Shown here in pieces: positions 1-9,356 of a stretch of 64,000 nt of DNA (position 1 is the first letter of the stretch; every line of letters starts with the position of its first letter). A program made the position numbers and the translations under genes. The notes beneath the pieces were generated by a model. It was given only the letters and a program-made list of their open reading frames with translations, had not been told where the DNA came from and ran no database searches. The DNA is from an uncultured Gemmatimonadaceae bacterium. GTDB taxonomy: Bacteria > Gemmatimonadota > Gemmatimonadetes > Gemmatimonadales > Gemmatimonadaceae. The DNA lies in the NCBI GenBank assembly GCA_963761305.1, contig CAVXGK010000001.1, positions 512,001 to 576,000 of the forward strand. The letters run 5' to 3'.

Positions 1-2
1 CG

Positions 3-137
3 TTCCGTACCGCGAGCGCCGCGGTGGATTTCACGAAGGGCTTCAACGTGCTCTCGATCGTCATCGAGCTTCCGACCGCCATGCTCACGACGGGCGGAAC
101 GCCGAAGCTCGGCATCTGGGGCACGATCAGCCGCTGA
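3..137 (+). CDS. DUF4331-family protein, 3' end only (runs off the left edge)
   Basis: Frame 3 reads ...AVDFTKGFNVLSIVIELPTAMLTTGGTPKLGIWGTISR* (TGA 135-137). D-F-x-G-F-N-V-L-S-I-V-I-E-L-P and GIWxTIS are typical of DUF4331 N-half proteins. Not in the ORF track. Confidence 0.75.
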   Translation, partial: FRTASAAVDFTKGFNVLSIVIELPTAMLTTGGTPKLGIWGTISR

Positions 138-189
138 TCTGCGCCACCAACTCAGTCATCACACACAACGACCGATAGAGGCGACTCAC

Positions 190-771
190 ATGTCCATTCG
201 TTCATTCTCGAGGCGAGGCCGCGTGTTGGCGATGGCCGGCGCGATCGCGTCGCTCGCGCTGGCAGCCGCGTGCGGCTCCGACAACAACACCATCACGGGC
301 ACGACCTCCAACACAGTTCGCACGTTCAATCAGGTTCAGCGGCTGGGCAATCCGCTCGTCAGCGAAGTGTTCCTCATGAAAAAGGATCACCCGTTCCACG
401 GCTCGATCGGCCCGGACGGCGACGTCGCGGCGTTCGCCGGCACGGTGAAGGGTTTCGTGGCCGCGTTCCGACCGCAGGCGACGACTCTCCAGAATACGCT
501 GGCGACGGTGCTGCTACCCGACGTGCTGATCGTGCAGAGCGACAAGGCAACGTCCACCGCCGGTTGGCTGAGTTGGGCACTGTCGAACGGGTGGGGCGGC
601 CGCAAGCTGACGGACGACGTCGTCGACGTGGGCCTCTCGGGGATCTTCAGCGACCTGCTCGACTCCACGCAATTCGTCTGCAAGCCGTTCACGCTTCCGC
701 TCTGCACGGACAACGTCGGGTCGCACAGCACGTTCCAGACGGCGTTCCCGTACCTCGCGGCGCCGAAGTGA
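190..771 (+). CDS. DUF4331-family lipoprotein (C-terminal-half type)
   Basis: Lipobox LAAAC; QVQRLGNPLVSEVF, GGRKLTDDVVD and terminal FPYLAAP motifs; GAGG upstream of the ATG. Confidence 0.8.
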   Translation: MSIRSFSRRGRVLAMAGAIASLALAAACGSDNNTITGTTSNTVRTFNQVQRLGNPLVSEVFLMKKDHPFHGSIGPDGDVAAFAGTVKGFVAAFRPQATTLQNTLATVLLPDVLIVQSDKATSTAGWLSWALSNGWGGRKLTDDVVDVGLSGIFSDLLDSTQFVCKPFTLPLCTDNVGSHSTFQTAFPYLAAPK

Positions 772-779
772 GGAGCGAG

Positions 780-2093
780 ATGCCTCGCCAATTCGTTCGC
801 CCGCTCGTCACCGCGCGCGCCGTGCTGGTCGCGGCGCTCGCGGTGGCCGGCGCGGTGGGAGCAGGTTGCTCGCGCGGCGCGCCTGTCACCAAGAACGTCG
901 CCGCCGTGCCCGTGACGGCGCCGCTGAGCGAAGGCGCCATCCTCGACCTGGATATAGAGTTTTACAAAGAGCGAGCCGGTCGCGACCCCACCGGCGCGAC
1001 CGACCTGGCCCGGCTGGCGGGACTGTACCTGCAGCGCTCGCGGGAGACGGGCGATCCGAGCGACGCGATTCGCGCCGAGTCGACCGCGCGGCGCTCGATC
1101 CGCAATCGCGGCGCGCGCAACGACGCGGCAGCCCAGGTCCTCTCGGCCAGCCTTCTCGCGCAGCACCGCTTCGACGAAGCGCTGTCGATCGCGCGAACGC
1201 TGCGCGACGGCAACCCGGACGTTCCGTCGCTGCGCGCTGCCGTCGGCGAGATCGAGATGGAGCTCGGGCAGTACGATTCCGCTCGTGTCGCGTTCGACAG
1301 CCTGTCCGGCTTCAGCCAAGATCTCTCGATCGCGCCTCGGTTGGCGCGATGGGCGGAAATCGAAGGACGCACCGGCGAAGCGCGCTGGCTCATGCGAACC
1401 GCGCTCACGAATGCCCTCGCGACGCCGCACATGCCGCGCGAACAGGTCGCATGGTTCTGGCTTCGCAACGGCGATATCGATCTTCGGAGCGGCAAGTATG
1501 CCCGTGCCGACTCCGAGTATCGCGCAGGACTGGCCGTGCATCCGGGCGACTATCGGCTCCTCGCCGCATCGGCACGACTGGCCGCGGCGCAGCACGACTG
1601 GCGACGCGCGATCACAGCCGGCGAGGAGGCGATTGCGACGTCGCTCGATCCGGCGACACTCGGCGTGCTGAGCGACGCGTACGCGGCGATCGGCGACAGC
1701 GCCAAAGCCCTCGAGTGCGCGCGCGTGCTCGACGTGGCGGTGCTCAAGCAGCCCGGCGCGTACCATCGCGCGTGGAGCCTCTTCCTGCTCGACCACGATC
1801 GCCATGTGGCGACGGTATACCGCAAGGTACTCGTCGAGCTTCGCACACGGCGTGACATCTATGGCTACGATCTCCTCGCGTGGGCGCTTCACGCGCAGGG
1901 ACGCGACGCCGAGGCCAAGTCGGCGATGGCGCACGCCCTCTCCGAGGGAACGCGAGATGCGCAGCTCTACTATCACGCGGCCGTGATCGAGCGGTCGCTC
2001 GGGCACACGACGACCGCGGATCGACTGTTCGCGCGGATGCGCGAGCTTCAGCCGACGGCCGCGAACGCCGCGGCCGAGGGAGAGGTGCAATGA
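780..2093 (+). CDS. Tetratricopeptide-repeat (TPR) lipoprotein
   Basis: ATG 780 follows AGGAG. Signal/lipobox VGAGC, then helical repeats (LAQHRFDEAL, ELGQYDSA, YDLLAWALHAQGR, LYYHAAVI). The 270-779 part of the track ORF overlaps the previous gene and is discarded. Confidence 0.8.
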   Translation: MPRQFVRPLVTARAVLVAALAVAGAVGAGCSRGAPVTKNVAAVPVTAPLSEGAILDLDIEFYKERAGRDPTGATDLARLAGLYLQRSRETGDPSDAIRAESTARRSIRNRGARNDAAAQVLSASLLAQHRFDEALSIARTLRDGNPDVPSLRAAVGEIEMELGQYDSARVAFDSLSGFSQDLSIAPRLARWAEIEGRTGEARWLMRTALTNALATPHMPREQVAWFWLRNGDIDLRSGKYARADSEYRAGLAVHPGDYRLLAASARLAAAQHDWRRAITAGEEAIATSLDPATLGVLSDAYAAIGDSAKALECARVLDVAVLKQPGAYHRAWSLFLLDHDRHVATVYRKVLVELRTRRDIYGYDLLAWALHAQGRDAEAKSAMAHALSEGTRDAQLYYHAAVIERSLGHTTTADRLFARMRELQPTAANAAAEGEVQ

Positions 2094-2707
2094 GCGAACT
2101 GGCGACGTACATCCACCTCGGCTTTCGCCACATCGTCGACATCGAGGCGATGGATCACATTCTGTTTCTCGTCGCGCTCGCCGCGATCTACCGTCCGCGC
2201 GACGTGCGACAGGCGCTGTGGGTGATCACGGCGTTCACGATCGGACATTCCATCACGCTGGGCTTGGCCGTCACTGGCGTCGTGCACTTCCCCACCGCCG
2301 TGATCGAGTTCCTCATTCCGGTGACAATCGTCGCGACGGGTGTCGAGAACCTGATCGCCAGCGCGCGACGGCGAGCAGGAATTCAGAGCGGGTATCGGCC
2401 GGTATTCGCCGGCGTGTTCGGACTGGTGCACGGTGCAGGGTTCGCCAACTATCTGAGCGCGATGTTCGTGACGCACATCGCGCTGCCACTGTTCGGGTTC
2501 AACGTCGGCATCGAGCTGGGGCAGATCGTCATTCTCGCCGCAGCGGCCGTGGTGCTGGGGCTGATCGATCGCGCCATCGACGCGGCGATCACGCTCGCGA
2601 AACGCCCGAGCGCTCAATGGCCGGCGCTTCGCCTGCGCGTCGTCGGCGTGTCGCTCCTGGTCGTCGCGGTCGCGTCGCGCTGGGCGGTGGAGCGGAGTCC
2701 ATGGTAG
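2090..2707 (+). CDS. HupE/UreJ-family membrane protein
   Basis: LGFRHI..DHILF, TAFTIGHSITL, FGLVHGAGFA and FNVGIELGQ motifs; ATGA overlap with the TPR gene. Confidence 0.88.
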   Translation: MSELATYIHLGFRHIVDIEAMDHILFLVALAAIYRPRDVRQALWVITAFTIGHSITLGLAVTGVVHFPTAVIEFLIPVTIVATGVENLIASARRRAGIQSGYRPVFAGVFGLVHGAGFANYLSAMFVTHIALPLFGFNVGIELGQIVILAAAAVVLGLIDRAIDAAITLAKRPSAQWPALRLRVVGVSLLVVAVASRWAVERSPW

Positions 2708-3177
2708 CGGCGCTGTTGCTCGCTGCATCGCTGGCAAGCGCGCCGAGTCTCGTCGACGCGGTGCACCCGCTGCATACAACGATGGCCGAAGTCACGATCG
2801 ACCGCGCACGCCGTACGCTGCGCGTCGTCGTACGAGTGTTCGCCGACGACTTCGGCTCGGCGCTCAACGCCGCCAAGACAACCGGTTCGTGGGACGCGCG
2901 TGCGGCCAATTATCTGGCGAACGCGATCTCCGTCGTCGACGACGCGCGGCAACGTCTCGTGATGCGCGACTGCGGCAGCCGCCGGCAGGGCGACCTGTTG
3001 TGGTTGTGCACGGAGACGACGATCGCCGCGGCGAACCCGCGTCGCCTCTCCCTGCGCGACCAGATGTTGTGCGAGCTGTTCGCCGATCAGGTCAACGTGG
3101 TTCGCGTCACCGACGGCGCGGCGACGCGGAGCATGCTGTTTACGCGCGGCGATGCGGAGAAGCCGATCGGCGATTGA
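2701..3177 (+). CDS. Exported protein, DUF6702-like
   Basis: Signal peptide, then HPLHTTMAEV, RVFADDF and LFADQVNVV; overlaps the HupE stop codon. Confidence 0.65.
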   Translation: MVAALLLAASLASAPSLVDAVHPLHTTMAEVTIDRARRTLRVVVRVFADDFGSALNAAKTTGSWDARAANYLANAISVVDDARQRLVMRDCGSRRQGDLLWLCTETTIAAANPRRLSLRDQMLCELFADQVNVVRVTDGAATRSMLFTRGDAEKPIGD

Positions 3178-3183
3178 AGCGGC

Positions 3184-3223
3184 TGGACGGGTGGACCGGT
3201 GGACCGGTGGACCGGTGGACCGG
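3184..3223. repeat. Tandem octamer array (TGGACCGG)x5, first copy TGGACGGG
   Basis: Read directly; fills the gap between two convergent genes. Confidence 0.95.
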
Positions 3224-4951
3224 TCAGAACGGCGGCGATGTCTTCGGCGGCCGCCTCGACACATCCCACTCCACTCGACCGACTGCTCCACCGCCGATCG
3301 TCACGATCGTATCGGCGTTCGCCGCGCCGGCGGTCCAATGCAAATAGACCTGCACGTCGCTCGGCAGCCCGCACACAAGAAACCGCCCTTGCGCGTCGAC
3401 CTGGCCCTCGCGGTTCAGGTCGATCGCCTGGCCGCCGAGGTTGACTCGCCACGAGGCGCGGACTTGCCCGTTGTCGCCGGTTGCACCGTCGCGCTCGAGG
3501 TGGCCGACGAGCACCGAGTGAAACACCGAGCCGCCGTTCTTGCACACTTGCGCGATCGTCGCGCCGATCGCCGGCAGTTGGACCCGGACGTCGATCACGC
3601 GGTTGCGCTCCACCACGACGACGCGCGAGTCCCAGCGATCGCGTGCAAACGCCTCGAGCGTGGTATCGGCGACGCGCAGCAGATAGCGCCCGGGCACCAT
3701 CGGCGTGAAGTCGAATCGGCCGAGCGAGTCGGTTGAGACGGTGTCGCGCGTGCCTTCGATCGAGACGAGCGCTCCAGCAACCGGATGCGACGTGTCTTTC
3801 TCAGTGACCACCCCCGAGATCCCCGTCGGCGCGTCCGACCACGACGTGCCGTCTCGCCAGCGCGTCGAGACGACGGAGCCGCCCGACACCCACGTGGCGA
3901 CCACGGTCACGTGATCCGCCTGCGACGAGGCGACCCGCCCCGGTGATACCGAACCTGCGGCTCCGGACGTCACGCGCAGCATTGGAACGTCGATGAACCA
4001 CCGCTCGATGAACGACACGCCGTTCGGCGCCGAGTGAAACTCGATGTGGCCGCCCGGCGGATTGCGCGACCACGCGGCGTCGAAGCCGGTGTGGCGGAAA
4101 TCCAGCGAGCGGAGCGCCGGTTGGGCCGCGTCGACCCAGATCACGCCGCTGACGTCGACCGTTCCCTCACGCTGCCGAACCGGCGCGAACGCCAGGCCGA
4201 TCTGCCCGCGATGCGCGCCGTCGGCCTCCTGGAGATGAAAGCAGTGGGTCAACGCGAACGATTCGTCGAGGAGCACGTCGGCGTCCGGCGCGAAGAGCGT
4301 CCGCCCCCCGCTCGACGCGTCCGTCGTCACGTAACCCGCCGAGGCGAACTGCTGGGGCGACGCGGCGGCCACGAAGGGACGCGTCGTGCTGCCCGTTCGC
4401 ACGGTCACCGTCTGAGTCTCCACGAGGTGATCCGACGGACTTTCGCGACGCTCGTAGGAGAGCGTCGTCGCGGTCGCCGGATTCGCTTCGCGCGCGACGA
4501 CAGCGGCGAGGAGTCCGGCGTGCACTTGCTCCCAGAGCGTGAACGCGCCGCCGTGGTCCGTCGAGCTCGGACAGAGCTCACTTCCGGTCACGCGTACGGC
4601 GTCGAGCAGCGACGGCAGGCGCACCATCCGCACGCGAATCGGCGCGTTGGCCGCGACGGCCGCCGCGACATCGACGTCGCGCGGGCGAAATCCGATGCGC
4701 AACACGCGCGCATGAGCCGGGGCATCGCTGACCGAGACGGAGAACTCGCCACTCGAGGCAGTGACGGTTCGTCCCAACGACGCGCCGTTCGCGCTCGTGA
4801 GCGTGACCACCGCGCCGGCGATCGGCGTCTCGGTGGCGCTGTCCAGCACGGAGCCGCGCACGACCTGTTGAGCGGCGGACGATCCCGCGATGCCGATCGC
4901 CAGCACGGTACAGCACGCCAATCGACTCGATGTGCGCACGGTTGCCCCCAT
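3224..4951 (-). CDS. Secreted protein with carboxypeptidase-regulatory-like (CarboxypepD_reg) domains
   Basis: Signal peptide; VRGSVLDSATETPIAGAVV...RIGFRP and a second GISGVVTE...GRFDF..PGRY domain. Start uncertain (ATG 4951 or GTG 4939). Confidence 0.75.
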   Translation of the reverse strand: MGATVRTSSRLACCTVLAIGIAGSSAAQQVVRGSVLDSATETPIAGAVVTLTSANGASLGRTVTASSGEFSVSVSDAPAHARVLRIGFRPRDVDVAAAVAANAPIRVRMVRLPSLLDAVRVTGSELCPSSTDHGGAFTLWEQVHAGLLAAVVAREANPATATTLSYERRESPSDHLVETQTVTVRTGSTTRPFVAAASPQQFASAGYVTTDASSGGRTLFAPDADVLLDESFALTHCFHLQEADGAHRGQIGLAFAPVRQREGTVDVSGVIWVDAAQPALRSLDFRHTGFDAAWSRNPPGGHIEFHSAPNGVSFIERWFIDVPMLRVTSGAAGSVSPGRVASSQADHVTVVATWVSGGSVVSTRWRDGTSWSDAPTGISGVVTEKDTSHPVAGALVSIEGTRDTVSTDSLGRFDFTPMVPGRYLLRVADTTLEAFARDRWDSRVVVVERNRVIDVRVQLPAIGATIAQVCKNGGSVFHSVLVGHLERDGATGDNGQVRASWRVNLGGQAIDLNREGQVDAQGRFLVCGLPSDVQVYLHWTAGAANADTIVTIGGGAVGRVEWDVSRRPPKTSPPF

Positions 4952-5138
4952 TCCGCTGAACGCCACTCGTACGATTTGCCGCGCCACTCTCGAGTTGATC
5001 CTGCTGCCCTTGGGGAAGCACGGCAACCCCGAGCGACGTTATTCGATCATTAGGAAATGGTGAACGCGCTGCCTTGCCGCCCGCAGCCGGGCGGCATACG
5101 ATTGAGCCGCTCGTGCCCGCCACCCGGGAGATCGTGTA

Positions 5139-6413
5139 ATGTCTGTCGTCGCGCAGCCGCTCGTTCTGCTGATGAAGTGCTGTCGTGTCCTGCTCGTTCT
5201 CGTCGGCTCAGCCGCGCTCCTTGCCACGGTGGCGTGCGGGAGCGACTCGTCGCTGACGCCGTCGTTTTCGAAGACGCCCGTTGTGGAAACGGCGCTGGCG
5301 GCGGGGTCACAGTTCGCCTGCGCCCTCACGATCGACGGCAAATCCTATTGTTGGGGCGACAACCTCAGAGGGCAGATCGGCGATTCCTCGTTCTCGGTCT
5401 CGTACACTCCCTTGCCGACGGCCGGCGGACACGCGTTCGTCGCCATTGCCGCAGGGGACGGCTCGACTTGTGCGCTCGACCACGCGGGCGTCGCATGGTG
5501 CTGGGGCGACGACCCGACGCAGCCCGGCGTTCCACTCAGCTATCAGACAACTCCCGCTCGCGTCTCGTCGCCGCGTCCGTTCGAGGCGATCACCGTCGGT
5601 TCGAAATTCGCCTGCGGCCTCGACGTAAGCGGCACGGCCTTCTGCTGGGGCACCAACGCCCAGGGGCAGCTCGGCGTCGGCGATACCGTTCACCGGACGG
5701 GCGCGACCGCTGTGCAAACCGGCGTCCGATTCTCGTCCATCGTGGCCGACTTTTTCAGCGCGTGCGGCCTCACGAGCGGCGGCGCGGCGTGGTGCTGGGG
5801 CGACAACAGCTTCGGCGAGCTGGGAACCGGCGACACGATCTCATCGACGACGCCGCGCGCCGTGACCGGATCGTTGGTCTTTCGCGAGCTGTCGAGCGGG
5901 CCCATTCACGAGTGTGGAATCACGACGAACGGCGCCGCCTTTTGTTGGGGAAACAACGCCGGCGGACAACTCGGCGACGGCACCGGGACTCAGCGTCTCG
6001 TGCCCACGCCGGTGGTGGGAAACATTGCGTTCATCAGCATTCGCAGCTCGCGCGTGAACTCGATCTTTAGCACGACCTGCGGTGTCACCACCTCGGGCGA
6101 CGCATATTGTTGGGGCTACGGATCGAAAGGTCAGTTGGGTAGTTCCCCGATCAGCGACGCGTGCACAGCATTCTCGCCGCCGGGCACGACCAACGGCACC
6201 CAGGTGACGTTCGTGTGCTCGTATCGGCCGACGCATATCGCCGGCGTTTCGTCAATCGTCGCGATGGACGTGGGTCAAGCGTTCGTCTGCACCATCACCG
6301 TGGCGTCCACGCTGGTCTGCTGGGGCGAGGACGTCCACGGCGAGCTGGGAGACGGAGTCGGCATCGCATCAGCGACGCCGGTCCAGGTCAAAGGCGGGCT
6401 GCCGGTCCCGTAG
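5139..6413 (+). CDS. RCC1/BLIP-II-like beta-propeller lipoprotein
   Basis: Seven (Y/W/F/V)CWG units, most followed by xNxxGQLG or GELG; lipobox TVAC; alternative start ATG 5172. Confidence 0.88.
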   Translation: MSVVAQPLVLLMKCCRVLLVLVGSAALLATVACGSDSSLTPSFSKTPVVETALAAGSQFACALTIDGKSYCWGDNLRGQIGDSSFSVSYTPLPTAGGHAFVAIAAGDGSTCALDHAGVAWCWGDDPTQPGVPLSYQTTPARVSSPRPFEAITVGSKFACGLDVSGTAFCWGTNAQGQLGVGDTVHRTGATAVQTGVRFSSIVADFFSACGLTSGGAAWCWGDNSFGELGTGDTISSTTPRAVTGSLVFRELSSGPIHECGITTNGAAFCWGNNAGGQLGDGTGTQRLVPTPVVGNIAFISIRSSRVNSIFSTTCGVTTSGDAYCWGYGSKGQLGSSPISDACTAFSPPGTTNGTQVTFVCSYRPTHIAGVSSIVAMDVGQAFVCTITVASTLVCWGEDVHGELGDGVGIASATPVQVKGGLPVP

Positions 6414-6428
6414 GAGACGCGCCGAGCG

Positions 6429-8909
6429 TCAGCCGGCCAGCGCCGCTTCCGGACTCTCCACCGGCTCGTCGGTCTTGGGGCCGTCCCACTCGTTGCCGCA
6501 CTTGAGGCATTTGCGGAAATCGCCGCGCGTCTTGTTGAACTTCATCTCCGCGCCGACGAATCCGCATTCGGCGCACTTCTCGTTCACCGGCTTGTTCCAG
6601 GCGACGAAGTCGCAGTCCTCGTTCGAGCAGGCATAGAACGCGGTGCCGCGCTTGCGCGAGCGACGCTCGACCAACTCGCCGCCGTCCTTGGGACAGAACA
6701 CTCCGGTCGGGAGCGAGCGCGTGCCGCGACACTTCGGGAACGTGCTGCACCCGAGGAACTGTCCGCTGCGACCCGTGCGAATCACCATCGGCGCGCCGCA
6801 CACGTGACACTTGTAATCGGTCATCACGGGCTTGGCCTTCTCGCCCTTGATCGGCCGCGTGTACTTGCAGTTCTTCGGATGATTCTCGCAGGCGAGGAAC
6901 GGCCCGAAGAATCCGCCGCGCGGCTCGAGCTTGCCGCCGCAGTCGGGGCAGCGAAGCTCGTGGACCTTCGACAGGTCGTACGCTTCGGCGATCAGCGACG
7001 GCGCGTCCACCTTGTTCAGGCGCGCGGCGAACGGCGAGTAGAAGTCCTTGAGGACTTTCTGCCAACCGAGGTCGCCTTCCTCGACCTTGTCCAGCTCCCC
7101 TTCCATCTCCGACGTGAAGCCCACGTTGAAGATGTCGGGGAACTGCTTGACCATGACCTTCTCGACGCTCTCTCCCAGCTCGGTCGGGAAGAAGCGGCGC
7201 TGGGTCAGCTCCACGTATCGCCGGTCGGCGAGCACGGAGATGATCGACGCGTACGTCGACGGCCGGCCGATGCCGAGCCGCTCCAGCTCCTTCACCAGAC
7301 TCGCCTCGGAAAAACGCGGCGGCGGCTCGGTGAAATGCTGCGTCTGCGTGATCGACTTGCACGGCACCTTCTCGCCGACCTCGACGATCGGGAGCGCCTG
7401 CTCGTCCTCGAGCGTCTTGTGCTCGCCGTCCTCGCGGCCCTCGCGGTAGAGCGCCAGGAACCCCTGGAACTTCACGATCGAGCCCGTGGCGCGGAACAGA
7501 TAGCTGCGGCGTCCGATGTCCGGCTGGTTCGACGACGGAATGTCGAAGTCCACCGTCGTCGTGTCGAAGACGGCGGGCGACATCTGCGACGACATGAAGC
7601 GCTGCCAGATCAGGTTGTAGAGCTTGAACTGGTCCGGCGTGAGATATCGCCTGATCTCGTCGGGGCGGCGCGTCGGATCCGTCGGACGAATCGCCTCGTG
7701 CGCGTCCTGCGCGTTCTTCGATTTGTTGTCGCCGTACAGTTGCACCGCGGCCGACACGTACTCCTGCCCGAACATCGTGCGCAGGTAGTCGCGCGCCTGC
7801 AGCGCCGCGCTCTCCGCGACGCGCGTCGAGTCGGTTCGCATATACGTGATGAGACCCGCCGTCGACTCGTCGCCGAGGTCGATGCCCTCGTAGAGATCCT
7901 GCGCGACGCGCATGGTCCGCTTCGAGCCCATCGAAAGCTTCTTCGCGCCTTCCTGCTGCAACGTCGACGTCGTGAACGGCGCCGAGGGATTCTTGCGCCG
8001 CTCGCGGCGCTTGACCTCGGTGACGTCGAACGCCGTGCGGCCGCTGAGATCCGTGAGGATGCCGTTCGCCTCGGCCTCCGTCGAGATCTCCGCCTTCTTG
8101 CCGTCGATGTGGTGCAGCTTGGCCGTGAACTCCTGCCCGTCCTTGGCGAGCAGCGCTTCGATCGTCCAGTACTCGACCGGCGTGAACGCGCGAATCTCGC
8201 GCTCGCGCTCGACGATCAGCCGTAGCGCGACGGTCTGCACGCGTCCGGCCGAGAGGCCTTTCTTGACGGTCTTCCAGAGCACCGGGCTCGCCTTGTAGCC
8301 CACGAGGCGGTCGAGAACGCGGCGCGCCTGCTGCGCCTCGACTTTCTTCGCGTCGATCTTGCCCGCGTTCTCGATCGCGGCACGCACGGCGTCTTTCGTG
8401 ATCTCGTGAAAGAGCACGCGCTTGATCGGTATGACCGCATCGCCGCGCTTCGGCTTGATCTGCGTCGCCACGTGCTGCGCGATCGCCTCGCCTTCGCGAT
8501 CAGGGTCGGTCGCGATCAGGACCTCACGGCTTTCCTTCGCCGCGCTCTTGATCTCGGCGATCGTCTTTTCCTTGCCCGGGATCGGCACGAGCTCGGGCGT
8601 GAAGCCCTTCTCGACGTCGATGCCAAGCTTCTTCTCGGGCAAGTCCATGATGTGGCCGACGGTCGCGCGAACGCGGTAGCCGCGGCCGAGGTACTTGCCG
8701 ATCGTTTTCGCCTTGGCCGGCGATTCGACGATGACGAGCGAGCTGCCGCCCGCGGTCGCCGGTCCCTCGAAGTACTCGACCGCCGCGCGGCCACGCTTGG
8801 CGGCCGCCTTGGTGGTCGCCTTGCCCTTGGCCGCACGCTTCGCCGACGGGCGGCTCTTCACCGCCCTCGACTTCGTTTTCACTCCCTGCGCACGCTTCTT
8901 CGTTGCCAT
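6429..8909 (-). CDS. topA: DNA topoisomerase I (type IA)
   Basis: LVIVESPAKAKTI, ATDPDREGEAIA, SAGRVQ, catalytic ITYMRTDS, AHEAIRPT, GIGRPSTY; C-terminal C4 zinc ribbons. Confidence 0.98.
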   Translation of the reverse strand: MATKKRAQGVKTKSRAVKSRPSAKRAAKGKATTKAAAKRGRAAVEYFEGPATAGGSSLVIVESPAKAKTIGKYLGRGYRVRATVGHIMDLPEKKLGIDVEKGFTPELVPIPGKEKTIAEIKSAAKESREVLIATDPDREGEAIAQHVATQIKPKRGDAVIPIKRVLFHEITKDAVRAAIENAGKIDAKKVEAQQARRVLDRLVGYKASPVLWKTVKKGLSAGRVQTVALRLIVEREREIRAFTPVEYWTIEALLAKDGQEFTAKLHHIDGKKAEISTEAEANGILTDLSGRTAFDVTEVKRRERRKNPSAPFTTSTLQQEGAKKLSMGSKRTMRVAQDLYEGIDLGDESTAGLITYMRTDSTRVAESAALQARDYLRTMFGQEYVSAAVQLYGDNKSKNAQDAHEAIRPTDPTRRPDEIRRYLTPDQFKLYNLIWQRFMSSQMSPAVFDTTTVDFDIPSSNQPDIGRRSYLFRATGSIVKFQGFLALYREGREDGEHKTLEDEQALPIVEVGEKVPCKSITQTQHFTEPPPRFSEASLVKELERLGIGRPSTYASIISVLADRRYVELTQRRFFPTELGESVEKVMVKQFPDIFNVGFTSEMEGELDKVEEGDLGWQKVLKDFYSPFAARLNKVDAPSLIAEAYDLSKVHELRCPDCGGKLEPRGGFFGPFLACENHPKNCKYTRPIKGEKAKPVMTDYKCHVCGAPMVIRTGRSGQFLGCSTFPKCRGTRSLPTGVFCPKDGGELVERRSRKRGTAFYACSNEDCDFVAWNKPVNEKCAECGFVGAEMKFNKTRGDFRKCLKCGNEWDGPKTDEPVESPEAALAG

Positions 8910-8919
8910 CTCGATGTGT

Positions 8920-9156
8920 TCAGTGAACCGTCTGGTTTGGATCGCCGTCGCCCCGCTGGATGTATCCGGCGCCCTCCATCAGGGACCGGAGATCGTCCAG
9001 CGCGATTCGTCCGTCGATCTGCACAAGTGCTCGTTCTATGATGTGCTCCAACTCGGCCGCATTCAGGGCGCCCGAGCCGCTCAGCGCCAACAGATGTCCC
9101 CACGCTTCAGGAGCAAATCGTCCCCGCTCGTGGGGTCCAAGAACCCGAAAACTCAT
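8920..9156 (-). CDS. smg: Smg/DUF494-like protein (C-terminal half only)
   Basis: RVLGPHERGRFAPEAWGHLLAL..GALNAAELEHIIERAL..IALDDL resembles the DUF494 core and lies directly upstream of topA, as in dprA-smg-topA. Start could be 9156 or 9204/9207. Confidence 0.65.
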   Translation of the reverse strand: MSFRVLGPHERGRFAPEAWGHLLALSGSGALNAAELEHIIERALVQIDGRIALDDLRSLMEGAGYIQRGDGDPNQTVH

Positions 9157-9356
9157 CGCAATCTCTGCCCCGCTTTGTCCTGCAGTATCGGCGGCCGCGG
9201 CCATCATTCGACCGTCAAACAGCCAATGTCCCCAAAGCACGAAGGGGAGGACATCCGATGCTTGTGCATCGCTCCTCGCCCCATGAAATCCGGCCCGCAT
9301 TGTTCGAATCCGGCCTCAGAACCGACGATCAGCCCTGTTGCCGCGGTAACGTAGAA

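Noticed and set aside
3184..3223. Octamer arrays as a CRISPR array
   Set aside because: The units are 8 bp, contiguous and have no spacers; no cas genes are present.
4952..5138. Riboswitch in the divergent intergenic region
   Set aside because: Only a 9-bp hairpin (TGCCGCCCG/CGGGCGGCA) and short repeats; no aptamer consensus recognised.
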